A stretch of 53,792 nt of DNA from Mycobacterium sp. (GCA_035492865.1 DATJIX010000156.1:1-53792); one strand, 5' to 3'. Positions 30,981 to 40,548 are shown, counted from the first letter of the stretch. A program made the numbers and translations. Notes: a model not told the origin generated them from the sequence alone.

Positions 30981-32011
30981 CGCTGCGGCTCATCGATTTC
31001 GGTTGGCAGTGGCAGGGTTTCGGCGCTGGTCCAGACGGTGTTGAACCTCGCCATCCCGACCCTGCCAACGACGTGGTCGACGAACGCCTTGCCGCGGGTG
31101 TACTGGCTTAGCTTGGCGTCGAACCCCAACAGCGCCCGCACCACGCGCTGCAGCGGCGGCTGCTTACGTTTGCGGCGATCGTCGAACCGGCGCCGGATGG
31201 TGGCCACCGTCGGCACCACCGCCGGCCCCACTGCGTCCATCACATGGTCGGCGTGCCCCTCCAACAGCGTGCCCAGCACCAGCAGCTGATCGAGCGCGCG
31301 CTGCTGAGGTTCGGACTGCACCGCCCGCAGCAATCCGAGTACACCGCTCGAATTCGGTTCCGCCGCAACGCCGTCGCGCCTGTTGCGGACCAACGTTGCG
31401 AGCCGACCAATTACTTCGGAGACGTCCTCGCCTGCGTCCTCGGTCAGCACGGCGAGTGACTGCGACATATGCTCGGCCAGCCACGGGTTGGCCCTGAACT
31501 GCACCCGGTGCGTGACCTCGTGCAGGCACACCCACAGCCGGAAATCGGCCGGAAGCACCCGCAATTGGCGCTCGACGGCGATCACGTTCGGATATACCAG
31601 CAGCAACTCGCCACCGTTCGGCCCGAACGGATCGTATTGGCCGAGGATGCCCGACGAGATGAACGCGAGCACGGCACCGGTCTGCGCCCCGGTGATCCGT
31701 CCTGTGATGAAACCCCGCGGGCTTTGGCTGCCGCCGGTCATCACGCGCATGGATTGTGTTGCGGCGCGGATCCATTCGACGCGGTCGACAATCCGAGCCT
31801 CGGGAATCTCGCCACCCTCGATGAGCCCGGTCACCTCACGCACCGGAATCTCGGCCTTGCGAGAAGCGTCGGCCAGCTGATCGATGACCTGGCGCTGGGT
31901 GTAATCAGTGGCGGCGGGCCCTGGCCGGGCAAGGCGGGCACCGACGGTCGCCGCGAACTGCCAGTCGACCGCGCGACCGACCGTCAGGCTGGGTTTGGTG
32001 GAGGGACTCAT
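30959..32011 (-). CDS. Zincin-type putative hydrolase (Rv3626c-like)
   Basis: ILGQYDPF, HEVTH, LEGHADHVMD; between dacB and tilS. Confidence 0.88.
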   Translation of the reverse strand: MSPSTKPSLTVGRAVDWQFAATVGARLARPGPAATDYTQRQVIDQLADASRKAEIPVREVTGLIEGGEIPEARIVDRVEWIRAATQSMRVMTGGSQSPRGFITGRITGAQTGAVLAFISSGILGQYDPFGPNGGELLLVYPNVIAVERQLRVLPADFRLWVCLHEVTHRVQFRANPWLAEHMSQSLAVLTEDAGEDVSEVIGRLATLVRNRRDGVAAEPNSSGVLGLLRAVQSEPQQRALDQLLVLGTLLEGHADHVMDAVGPAVVPTVATIRRRFDDRRKRKQPPLQRVVRALLGFDAKLSQYTRGKAFVDHVVGRVGMARFNTVWTSAETLPLPTEIDEPQRWIDRVL

Positions 32012-33387
32012 GCGCTGCACCCGCACGATCGCAACGCCGCGGCCAGCGCGTCGATCGCCGTGCGCCCCGTCGGGCCCGCATTGTTGGAGATGAACGCGAA
32101 CGTCAGCACCCGTCCGCTGGCGTCGGTGACGATGCCTGCCAACGAATTCGTTCCGGTCAACGAGCCGGTCTTGGCGCGCAGATACCCCGCGGCCGCGCGG
32201 CCCGCGTCGGTATCGAGGTAGCGGTTGGACAGCGTGCCGCTGCCGCCTGCGATCGGCAGCAGATCAACCAGCGGCCTCAGCTTCGGCTGGTCGTCGCCCG
32301 CGGCGGCATTCACCACGCCGTCGAGAGTCTCTGCTGTCAGCCTGTCGTCGACGGACAGCCCGCTGGAATCCAGCAGATGCGCGTTGCCGGTGTCGATCTT
32401 CGCCTCGTCCAGCCGGCCGAGCACCGCCTGCACTGCGCCATCGAAACTCTGCGGCTTGTTCTGTTGTGCGGCGACCTCACGGCCGATCGACTCGGCCATC
32501 ACGTTGTCGGACTCGTTCATCATCTGGCGCAGCCGCTCGACCAACGGCGCGGATTGCACCGACGCGATCTCCTGGCCGCCGCGCAACCCGTTGGGCAGCA
32601 CCGTGACCGTGGCGGGGTCGACCTTCAACGCGACGGCCAGCGCGCGGCCGGCGTCCAGCGCGGGTGTGGTGGATCGCCGCGACTCGACGCTGACCGGCTG
32701 GGTCCGGCCGGCATCCAGCATCACCGCTTCCATCGGCGCGATGTCGCCCCCGTCGATGTCGGCGGGATCCCAGCCCGGCGCCATCGTCGGACCGCTGTAA
32801 GCGCTGATGTCCACCTGCACCGTGGTCACGTCGACGCCACTGCGACGCACCTGGTCGGCGAGGTCGCTGATGCGCGCCGCGCCCTTGTACCAGGTGTCCT
32901 GACCCGGCGGGGCCGCCGACAGGGTCGGGTCGCCGCCGCCCTTGAGCACCACGACGCCGGGCTGCCCGCTGGCCACCACGCGGGTGGTGAGCCTGGCATC
33001 GCGGTCCAGTGCCAACAGCGCCGCCGCCGTGGTGAGTGTCTTGTTCACCGATGCGGGCTGCATCGGCACGTCGGCGCCCTGCGCCCAGAGCTGCGCGCCG
33101 GTGAGCGCGTCGGTGATCCTGCCGGTCATCATGCCGAGGTTCGGATCGGCCACCAGCGGTGCGAGCATCGCGGCCAGCCGGTCGGGCGTTGGCTTGGTCG
33201 CCGAGTCCGCGACCGGCACGACGCCGGGCGCTGCGGTCGCCGCGGCGGGGGCCGCCTTGACCGCCTTGGCGTCGCTGGTGGAGTCGTTGCCGAGCAGGGC
33301 GGCGGCCGCGACGACGGCGGCTACCAGGACCAGCACCGCCACGCCGACCACCACATGCGTGGATCGGCGCCACTGCGTCGGCCGCAT
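32008..33387 (-). CDS. dacB: D-alanyl-D-alanine carboxypeptidase/endopeptidase (PBP4, peptidase S13; Rv3627c-like)
   Basis: PASVNK (SxxK), GGGDPTL, SDN, DSSGLS, KTGSL; N-terminal TM/signal. Confidence 0.93.
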   Translation of the reverse strand: MRPTQWRRSTHVVVGVAVLVLVAAVVAAAALLGNDSTSDAKAVKAAPAAATAAPGVVPVADSATKPTPDRLAAMLAPLVADPNLGMMTGRITDALTGAQLWAQGADVPMQPASVNKTLTTAAALLALDRDARLTTRVVASGQPGVVVLKGGGDPTLSAAPPGQDTWYKGAARISDLADQVRRSGVDVTTVQVDISAYSGPTMAPGWDPADIDGGDIAPMEAVMLDAGRTQPVSVESRRSTTPALDAGRALAVALKVDPATVTVLPNGLRGGQEIASVQSAPLVERLRQMMNESDNVMAESIGREVAAQQNKPQSFDGAVQAVLGRLDEAKIDTGNAHLLDSSGLSVDDRLTAETLDGVVNAAAGDDQPKLRPLVDLLPIAGGSGTLSNRYLDTDAGRAAAGYLRAKTGSLTGTNSLAGIVTDASGRVLTFAFISNNAGPTGRTAIDALAAALRSCGCSA

Positions 33388-33490
33388 AACTCTCCTGCTC
33401 TATTGACCGCCCCCTTACAGCAGCGTATCGCTCCGTTATGGTGAGGCCCGTCCCTGGAAGACCTGAGTACATGCGTAAGGAGCCGCGACG

Positions 33491-33979
33491 GTGGAGTTCG
33501 ACGTCGTCATCGAGATCCCGAAGGGTTCGCGTAACAAGTACGAGGTGGACCACGACACCGGCCGGGTCAAGCTGGACCGCTACCTGTTCACCCCGATGGG
33601 CTACCCGGCGGACTACGGCTTCTTCGAAAACACCCTCGGCGAGGACGGCGACCCGCTCGACGCGCTGGTGCTGCTGCCGGAGTCGGTGTTTCCCGGCTGC
33701 ATCATCGAGGCCCGGCCCGTCGCGATGTTCAAGATGGAAGACGAGGCGGGCGGCGACGACAAGCTGCTGTGTGTACCCGCAGGCGACCCCCGCTGGGATC
33801 ACATTCAGGACCTCGACGACGTGCCCGCCTTCGAACTCGAGGCGATCAAGCACTTCTTCGTGCACTACAAAGACCTGGAGCCCGGCAAGTTCGTCAAGGC
33901 TGCCGACTGGGCCAACCGGGAAGCCGCCGAGGCAGAGTTGAAGGCGTCGGTCGAACGCTTCAAGAACTCGAGTCACTGA
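33491..33979 (+). CDS. ppa: Inorganic pyrophosphatase
   Basis: [31 protein letters not shown]. Confidence 0.98.
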   Translation: MEFDVVIEIPKGSRNKYEVDHDTGRVKLDRYLFTPMGYPADYGFFENTLGEDGDPLDALVLLPESVFPGCIIEARPVAMFKMEDEAGGDDKLLCVPAGDPRWDHIQDLDDVPAFELEAIKHFFVHYKDLEPGKFVKAADWANREAAEAELKASVERFKNSSH

Positions 33980-34045
33980 GTTTTCCTCCCCGTAACACGG
34001 AGTAACGCAGGCGTGTCCTGCGTTTTCCATGATTGCTGTGTGTTG

Positions 34046-34561
34046 ATGCATCAGGGGATCGGCCTGGACGCGTTCAACGCAATGCCGATGCGCCGGGCCG
34101 TGCACGCGATCTACGAGTGCTGCTACAGCGTGCCGTTGGCCGCTGATCTGGCTCGCGGCCGGTCATACGACAGCCACGACCGGTTGTTCCGTCAGGCTGA
34201 CGCCCTGTTGTTCGGGCTGTCCGAAGACTCGATCGACTCGATCCTGCAGGCCTACCCCGATGTCGGCAGGCGGCCGGGCAGCGAGAAATCACAGGCCGAG
34301 CAGTGTGCGGTGTGGTGCGATCAACCCGAGGTGATGGACCGGTTGACGGTCGCATCGAAGCGCTACCTCGACCACTTCGGCTTCGGCTTCGTGATGTTCA
34401 TCAACGGCTATTCGGCGCAGGATGTGCTCGCCGCCATGACCGACCGTCTGCAGAACGACTTCGAAACCGAGCGCAAGGTGGTGCGCAACGAGTTGGCGCG
34501 CATCAACCGCACCCGGCTCGAGCGCATGCTCGGACCAGAAGGCGGCTACGACAACTGGTGA
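34046..34561 (+). CDS. OHCU decarboxylase-fold protein (UraD-like), likely degenerate active site
   Basis: GLDAFNAMP, ADLARGRSY, SQAEQ, YLDHFGFGFVMF, RLQND..TE, ELARINRTRL; the usual HP motif reads YP. Confidence 0.75.
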   Translation: MHQGIGLDAFNAMPMRRAVHAIYECCYSVPLAADLARGRSYDSHDRLFRQADALLFGLSEDSIDSILQAYPDVGRRPGSEKSQAEQCAVWCDQPEVMDRLTVASKRYLDHFGFGFVMFINGYSAQDVLAAMTDRLQNDFETERKVVRNELARINRTRLERMLGPEGGYDNW

Positions 34562-35092
34562 CTAGGCGGCCTGCCAGTCCCTGATCGCGGTGTCCTGCTT
34601 GCGGCCGAGTTCGAGCACCAGGTCCTCAGGCGCGGGATCTTTTGCCGCACCAGCGAATTCGATGGTGGTGGCCGTGTTGCCCTCGGCGAATGACAGTAAG
34701 GTCACCGACTGCGACCCGTCTGATGACATCCCGGTCAGCATGGTGCCCCCCGAGCCGACGGCCACGGGCTGCGACTTGCCGTTGGCCACCGTGCCCAGCG
34801 CCGCGCGCGCACCGTCCAGTGCACCCGTCGCCGCCTGCGCGTCGGGCAATACCAGGACGGTGGTGGTGATGGTGCGACTGCCGTCGCGGTGGGTGTAAAC
34901 CGTCTCGACACCGGGCTGCCCATTCGGGTTGATGACCGGCGGCGCCGCGCTGTAGGCGAGTGAATCGGTGATCAGATTCGGGTCGACCGGCAGCGTGCTG
35001 AAGTCACCGGGTTGTGCTGCGGCATAACCGAAACCGCTGAATGTCATGCTTGCGGCCGCTGCGATTCCCGCGGCCATGGTGCGAATTCTCAT
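34562..35092 (-). CDS. Secreted hypothetical protein
   Basis: Signal peptide MRIRTMAAGIAAAASMTFSGFGYAAA|QP; SD GGGAG; alpha/beta-type mature region. Confidence 0.8.
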   Translation of the reverse strand: MRIRTMAAGIAAAASMTFSGFGYAAAQPGDFSTLPVDPNLITDSLAYSAAPPVINPNGQPGVETVYTHRDGSRTITTTVLVLPDAQAATGALDGARAALGTVANGKSQPVAVGSGGTMLTGMSSDGSQSVTLLSFAEGNTATTIEFAGAAKDPAPEDLVLELGRKQDTAIRDWQAA

Positions 35093-35107
35093 CACGACTC
35101 CCATCGC

Positions 35108-35347
35108 TCAGCAGGGGTAGCAGCCCCACCCACGCCAGCCATCGCGCCAGAAGAAGCCGGCGCCGCAACCCATCGCGCCCGTCCCGCCCTGGCAATCGAA
35201 CATCTGCACTTTCGGCCCGACCGGCACCGCGGGCTGGGTGTAGGAGTTCGTGTCATGTGAGCTCTGCGCCGCGTACGCCGTCTGCGCGGTGGCCGCCGAG
35301 CCCGACATCATCGCGACGATTGCGAGGGCCATGCCGATTTTGCGCAT
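35108..35347 (-). CDS. Small secreted Cys/Trp/Gly-rich peptide (79 aa)
   Basis: SD GGGGAGG before ATG 35347; signal peptide MRKIGMALAIVAMMSGSAATAQTAYA; C-terminus CQGGTGAMGCGAGFFWRDGWRGWGCYPC. Confidence 0.75.
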   Translation of the reverse strand: MRKIGMALAIVAMMSGSAATAQTAYAAQSSHDTNSYTQPAVPVGPKVQMFDCQGGTGAMGCGAGFFWRDGWRGWGCYPC

Positions 35348-35472
35348 CAGATTCCTCCCCGTATCTCGGAATTTTGCCAAGAAAACGGTACGCCGAAGAC
35401 AATCGTCGTTTGCCGCATTCGAAAACAATGAGAATGACGTCGCCGCCCCACGCGCCGTCGCATGATGGCCCG

Positions 35473-36624
35473 ATGAATGATGCCGTGAACGGTCATTGCG
35501 ACAGCCGCTTCTCGAAGGTCGCCGACGCACTGGCCGACGAGATCGCCAAGGGCGAGGAACTGGGCGCCTCGATTGCCGTGGACATCGACGGCGAGTTGGT
35601 CGTCGACATCTGGGGCGGCCACGCGGACCGCGCGAAGACGGTCCCATGGGAGCGCGACACCATCGTGAACTTTTTCTCGTGCACGAAGACGCTCACCGCC
35701 CTTGCGGCATTGATAGCGATCGACCGCGGTGCCATCGACGCGTTCGCCCCGGTGGCCAAGTACTGGCCGGAGTTCGCGCAGAACGGCAAGCAAGACATCG
35801 AGGTGCGTCACCTGATGTCCCACACGTCGGGTGTCTCGGGGTGGGAGGTCCCGTTCGGCATCGAGGACATGTACGACTGGGAGAAGTCGACCAACCACCT
35901 CGCGCGTCAGGAGCCGTGGTGGACACCCGGCACGGCATCCGGCTATCACGCGGTCAACTACGGACACCTGATCGGTGAGGTGATCCGGCGCGCCACGGGC
36001 AAGACCCTCAAGGAGTTCGTGAGCGACGAGATCGCGGAGCCACTGGGTGCCGACGTCCAAATCGGCGTCGGCCCGGCGGACGAGCACCGCGTCGCCGAGA
36101 TCATCCCGCCCCCGCCGTTGCCGATCCCGCTCGACGCGCTACCCAAAGACCACCCCGCCTACAAGACGTTCGCCGGCTTTCCCCCCGACGAGAACACCGC
36201 GCTGATCGTCGAGACCACACCGTGGCGTCGCGCGGACATCGGCGGGGTCAACGGCCACGGCAACGCCCGCGCACTTGCCAGGGCGCTATCACCAATCTCC
36301 CTGGGCGGCAAGGCGAACGGTGTGCAACTGTTGAGCCCGGAAACGATCGACCTGATCTTTCAGGAACAGTCGTACGGACCCGACCAGGTGCTGTTGGTTC
36401 CGTTGCGGTTCGGCATCGGATTCGGACTGCCGTCACCGGAAAGCGTTCCCGGCATTCCCGACGGCAAGATCTGCTGGTGGGGTGGCTGGGGTGGCTCGAT
36501 GATCGTGATGAACCCCGACCGTCGGACCACGTTCGCCTACGTGATGAACAGGATGGGTCCTGGCACCACCGGAACCGAACGCACCAACCGCTACGCCCAC
36601 CTCATCTACGACGCCATGGGCTGA
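35473..36624 (+). CDS. Serine hydrolase, family VIII esterase / class C beta-lactamase-like
   Basis: FSCTK (SxxK), LMSHTSG, GYHAVNYG, WGGWGGS; ATG 35473. Confidence 0.9.
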   Translation: MNDAVNGHCDSRFSKVADALADEIAKGEELGASIAVDIDGELVVDIWGGHADRAKTVPWERDTIVNFFSCTKTLTALAALIAIDRGAIDAFAPVAKYWPEFAQNGKQDIEVRHLMSHTSGVSGWEVPFGIEDMYDWEKSTNHLARQEPWWTPGTASGYHAVNYGHLIGEVIRRATGKTLKEFVSDEIAEPLGADVQIGVGPADEHRVAEIIPPPPLPIPLDALPKDHPAYKTFAGFPPDENTALIVETTPWRRADIGGVNGHGNARALARALSPISLGGKANGVQLLSPETIDLIFQEQSYGPDQVLLVPLRFGIGFGLPSPESVPGIPDGKICWWGGWGGSMIVMNPDRRTTFAYVMNRMGPGTTGTERTNRYAHLIYDAMG

Positions 36625-36627
36625 CGC

Positions 36628-37950
36628 TTACTTGACCGCAGGTGCCAGCTTTTGCTCAGCGGACACCGCCGGTGTCTTCTTCGCGCGGATCCGCTTGGCG
36701 TAGTTCATCGCAGGCTTCTCGATCAAGTAGTACGTGACGCTCGCGGCGACGATCGTGGCGGCCAGGAGTATCACGATGTTGTGCAGCATCCCGGGCAGGG
36801 TGTCGCCTGCCATCCAGCCAAGCCGCCCCAACAACAGCAGCATCGGGAAATGCCACAGATACGCCGACAGCGAGATCTCACCGACGTAGCGGATCGGCCG
36901 AACGTCGAGGAACGTCGCCAACTTCGATTTCCGGCCGCGGGCCAGCGGGACCACCACAACGAGGATCATCAAGGCCGCGACCACGCCGACGCCCGCGGTG
37001 ACGAACTCGACTGCAATCCCGAAAAACGCCGCGCTGACCACCAACACGGGCAGTATCGCCGTTGCACTGAGCATCCTGACGCGCCGACTGACCCGCTCGG
37101 ACAGTGCGCCGTGCTCGATCGCGACAAACACGATCGCGGCGAACATTCCCATCGCGAAGTTGTCGGCGTTGGTCAGGATGCTCTTGGTGAACACCGCGGC
37201 GATGTTCGGTCCCCAGTTGAGTAGGACGAAGTTGGTGGTGCCTCCGTACTGGTTCACCACAGGGATCAGCGCACGTCCGACAAGTCCGACGACCAACAGG
37301 ATGACGGGCGCCAACATGGCGACCACGAACGGATTGCGCGCGCTGTGCTTCCGCATCCGGAACACCGCGAAACCCAGCAGCGGAAGCAAGAAGTAGAACG
37401 CATACTCCAGCGTCAGTGACCAGGAGGGCCCGATGCCGGTCTCAAGGTATTGCGGGAAATAAGTCTGCAGCAGCGTCAGGTTCGTCAGCAACTCCCACGG
37501 TTGGGTGATCATGCCGATGCCGGTCTTGGCGTCGTTGGGCTGCAATGCCGCGTTCTGGACGTACGACAGCCGCAACACGAAATTCACGATCAAAAAGATG
37601 GCGAGGTATGCCGGCATGATGCGCGCAAGGCGGTGGACTGCGTAATCGCGAACATTCGGCATCCGAACCGAAGAGGGTTCCGCAACCACATTTCGGACAT
37701 ACGGTAAGAACAACAGAAAACCACTTAGCACGAAGAAGTACACCAACGAGAATCCGAAGACATTCGTCTTCCATACGTCCGCGGTTTGCTTCGAGTAATA
37801 CCCCGTGACGTGCGTGATCGCGATACTCATGCACAACAACCCGCGAACGCCGTCAAGCCCAATTATCCGGGCTCGCCTGCGAATTGGCGGAGTCGCCGTG
37901 GCATCTGTCGTCGCCGCCTCAGATGAGGCCTGCGTCGATCGCGCGGTCAT
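36628..37950 (-). CDS. Acyltransferase-3 (OafA-like) membrane O-acyltransferase
   Basis: LDGVRG, FFVLSGFLL, RLARIMPAY, WSLTLEYAFY, GEISLSAYLWH, IEKP. Confidence 0.9.
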   Translation of the reverse strand: MTARSTQASSEAATTDATATPPIRRRARIIGLDGVRGLLCMSIAITHVTGYYSKQTADVWKTNVFGFSLVYFFVLSGFLLFLPYVRNVVAEPSSVRMPNVRDYAVHRLARIMPAYLAIFLIVNFVLRLSYVQNAALQPNDAKTGIGMITQPWELLTNLTLLQTYFPQYLETGIGPSWSLTLEYAFYFLLPLLGFAVFRMRKHSARNPFVVAMLAPVILLVVGLVGRALIPVVNQYGGTTNFVLLNWGPNIAAVFTKSILTNADNFAMGMFAAIVFVAIEHGALSERVSRRVRMLSATAILPVLVVSAAFFGIAVEFVTAGVGVVAALMILVVVVPLARGRKSKLATFLDVRPIRYVGEISLSAYLWHFPMLLLLGRLGWMAGDTLPGMLHNIVILLAATIVAASVTYYLIEKPAMNYAKRIRAKKTPAVSAEQKLAPAVK

Positions 37951-38266
37951 GGCGATCCGAAATTAACGATAGCGGCAAATAAAGACAACGAATGCCCCTT
38001 TTTCTACAGACTTGAGTAATCTGCCGCGCCAACGTCACAGCAACTAAAGGTGAGGATTGGCCAGCTAATGAACTGTACATCGCAGGCGGTAGTTTCGCAT
38101 GCAAATAAGTCGGCTTATTGTGCCGCCTTTTGTATTCTCACGAACCGAATTCTATTGCTTCCACGAACACAGTTAAGTGAAAGAAAACCCACAGCCGCTG
38201 TCCGATAGTGAGAATCGGCGCGATCAGGCGGATGCAGCTACGTTGCGCTGAGGTGCTGCGCCGCCG

Positions 38267-38674
38267 TCAGGAGGCCCTTGGCTGGTCGCGAAGCGTGAGC
38301 AGGCGCAGCACGTCAAGCCCCAGGTCACGCAAGTCCTGCCGAGGTGACGCCGGGATCAGCGTGACGCCGTCGGCGACACCGGCCATGGCGATGTCGGAGA
38401 CCAACCCGGCCAGCCCGTCGACGGTGCCCGCGTAATGCACGGTGTGTTCGGCGGGGCCGAGAACGCTTCGCGCCGAACGAAAGTCGCCGGCAACGGCCAC
38501 GGTCACATCGAGGATGACGGCCACGTCGTCGCCGCGCGCCCTGATCCGCGCGCGAGCCCGCCGCGCCTGTTGAAGGTCGGACGCCGCGACCCGCACGGTG
38601 CGCTGATCGCCATCCGTCAGCTCACTCCAGTCACCGCTCGGCGCCTCCGCCACGAATAGCCGCACATGGGTCAC
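38267..38674 (-). CDS. Hypothetical protein resembling the C-terminal half of an LLM barrel
   Basis: YAGTVDGLAGLVSDIAMAGVADGVTLIP resembles the GT..ADG C-terminal motif of luciferase-like enzymes; fills the intergenic space. Confidence 0.6.
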   Translation of the reverse strand: MTHVRLFVAEAPSGDWSELTDGDQRTVRVAASDLQQARRARARIRARGDDVAVILDVTVAVAGDFRSARSVLGPAEHTVHYAGTVDGLAGLVSDIAMAGVADGVTLIPASPRQDLRDLGLDVLRLLTLRDQPRAS

Positions 38675-38710
38675 GCTAGGAAAACAAGCCCACGGCGTCG
38701 ACGATTCCGC

Positions 38711-39715
38711 TCAGGCGGAATCCAACGCCTCCTTTTCGGTTTCCTTCTTCACGTCGTGCACGCGGGTCTTGTACAGACTCGCCACGGTCGTGATGACGAG
38801 CGTCACGACGATCACGCCGAGGCTGGCCAGCGTGGGGATCTCCGGCACGGGGACATGCTCACCTCCGTTGATGAACGGCAGTTCGTTCTCGTGCAGCGCG
38901 TGCAGGAGCAGCTTCAGTCCGATGAAGGCCAGAATGAACGCCAACCCCTGCGACAGGTAGACCAACCGCTTGAGCAGGTCGCCGAGCAGGAAATACAGCT
39001 GGCGCAGACCCATCAACGCGAACACGTTGGCGGTGAACACCAGGTACGGCTCTTGGGTCAGCCCGTAGATCGCGGGGATCGAGTCCAGTGCAAACAGCAG
39101 GTCGGTGGTGCCGAGCGCGACGATGACAAGGAACATCGGCGTCATCAGCCGCTTGCCGTTTTCCTTCACCCACAGCGCAAGGCCGCCCTCCCACCTGTCC
39201 GTGAGTTTCAGGTGGCTGCGCGCGAACCGAACGACGAAGTTCTCCGCATCGTCGTCGTGCTCGGTGTTGCGGGCCAGGTTGATCGCGGTGTACACCAGGA
39301 ACGCCCCGAAAAGGTAGAAGACCCAGGAGAACTGGTTGATGGCCACCGCGCCGAGCGCGATGAAGATGCCGCGGAAGATCAGCGCCAGAATGATGCCGAC
39401 CAGCAATGCCTGCTGTTGATACTTCTTGGGCACCTTGAAGCTGGCCATGATGATCAAGAAGATGAACAGGTTGTCCACGGACAGGCTGTACTCCGTCAGC
39501 CAGCCGGCGAAGAACTCCAGCCCGAACTGACTGCCGTGGTAGAACCACGTCCACAACCCGAACGCCACGGCGAGCCCGATGTAGCCCGCCAGCGCCGTGC
39601 CCGTCTCACGTTTGGACGGTTCGTGCGGACGACGACCGATCACGATCACGTCGAATAGCAGCACGGCGATCGTCACGCTCAGCGTGATGATCCACTCGAG
39701 TTGGGTTACATGCAT
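38711..39715 (-). CDS. TerC/Alx family metal (Mn) homeostasis membrane protein
   Basis: EYSLSVDNLF, DLLFALDSIPAI, NVFALMGLRQLYF; ATG 39715; preceded by a yybP-ykoY riboswitch. Confidence 0.93.
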   Translation of the reverse strand: MHVTQLEWIITLSVTIAVLLFDVIVIGRRPHEPSKRETGTALAGYIGLAVAFGLWTWFYHGSQFGLEFFAGWLTEYSLSVDNLFIFLIIMASFKVPKKYQQQALLVGIILALIFRGIFIALGAVAINQFSWVFYLFGAFLVYTAINLARNTEHDDDAENFVVRFARSHLKLTDRWEGGLALWVKENGKRLMTPMFLVIVALGTTDLLFALDSIPAIYGLTQEPYLVFTANVFALMGLRQLYFLLGDLLKRLVYLSQGLAFILAFIGLKLLLHALHENELPFINGGEHVPVPEIPTLASLGVIVVTLVITTVASLYKTRVHDVKKETEKEALDSA

Positions 39716-39722
39716 GAAGCAG

Positions 39723-39853
39723 CCTCCGGTCGTTGTTAAACGCCGGAGGTCTCTTCCACCCGCCACGATGATCCGTAGCAGATCCGCGGTGCCGGTCGTC
39801 CGATAGCGGCCGACGTGGTGACGACATCGCGGCGAAGGAATACTCCCCTCCGC
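39723..39853 (-). ncRNA. yybP-ykoY (Mn2+) riboswitch with translational expression platform
   Basis: Minus strand CGGAGG-GGAGTA...TCGTCA...GAGA-CCTCCG. The 3' P1 strand CCTCCGG can alternatively pair with the SD CCGGAGG at 39723-39729. Confidence 0.88.
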
Positions 39854-39918
39854 TTTCCATTCTGCCAGCTCGATGGCTCCGATCGAAAACCGGGGCGAGT
39901 GAACTTACGGTTACCCCC

Positions 39919-40548
39919 GTGGCCGACACCCAACTTCCCGGCGTTTTCTCCGACGTGCAGCCGCTGCTGGAGCACTACGGCTACCTGGGCGTGGCCGGGA
40001 TGCTGTTCCTCGAGGACTTCGGCGTTCCCGTGCCCGGCGAGATCATGCTGATCGCCGCCGCGGTCTTCGCGGGCGCGGGGCAGATGAACATCGCCGTGGT
40101 CTTTCTGGTCGCGGTGCTTGCCGCGGTCATCGGCGACAACATCGGCTTCGTCGTCGGCCACTTCGGCGGCCGCCCGCTCGCGGAGCGGTTCGGCCGGTAC
40201 GTCTTCCTGACCCCGCAGCGGCTGGACCGCGCGGAGACCTTCTTCAACCGGCACGGCGGCAAGATCGTCACGGTCGCCCGCTTCATCGACGGCCTGCGCC
40301 AGATCAACGGTCTGCTGGCCGGGATCGTCGGCATGCACTGGCTGAAATTTCTCGGTTACAACGCCCTTGGCGCGGTGCTGTGGGTGGGCGCCTGGTGTGC
40401 GCTCGGATACCTCGCAGGCGAGCACATCGTCGAGATCTACGACACGTTCGAGCGATACAAGTGGTACGTGGTTGCGGCTGTGGTCGTCCTCGCCGCAATT
40501 GTGATCACGCATCGAGTGCGGCGCGGTCGCGCCGAACGCGCGGCTTAG
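39919..40548 (+). CDS. DedA family membrane protein
   Basis: LEDFGVPVPGE, GDNIGF..G, FFNRHGG, ARFIDGLR, FLGYNALGA. Confidence 0.92.
   Translation: MADTQLPGVFSDVQPLLEHYGYLGVAGMLFLEDFGVPVPGEIMLIAAAVFAGAGQMNIAVVFLVAVLAAVIGDNIGFVVGHFGGRPLAERFGRYVFLTPQRLDRAETFFNRHGGKIVTVARFIDGLRQINGLLAGIVGMHWLKFLGYNALGAVLWVGAWCALGYLAGEHIVEIYDTFERYKWYVVAAVVVLAAIVITHRVRRGRAERAA

Noticed and set aside
33992-34006. GTAAC-N5-GTAAC direct repeat upstream of the OHCU-decarboxylase-like gene as a GlnR box
   Set aside because: The repeat period is 10 bp rather than the 11 bp expected for GlnR; suggestive only.
35041-35472. N-terminal extension of the serine hydrolase
   Set aside because: Overlaps two minus-strand secreted-protein genes; family similarity begins at MNDAVNGHCD (35473).
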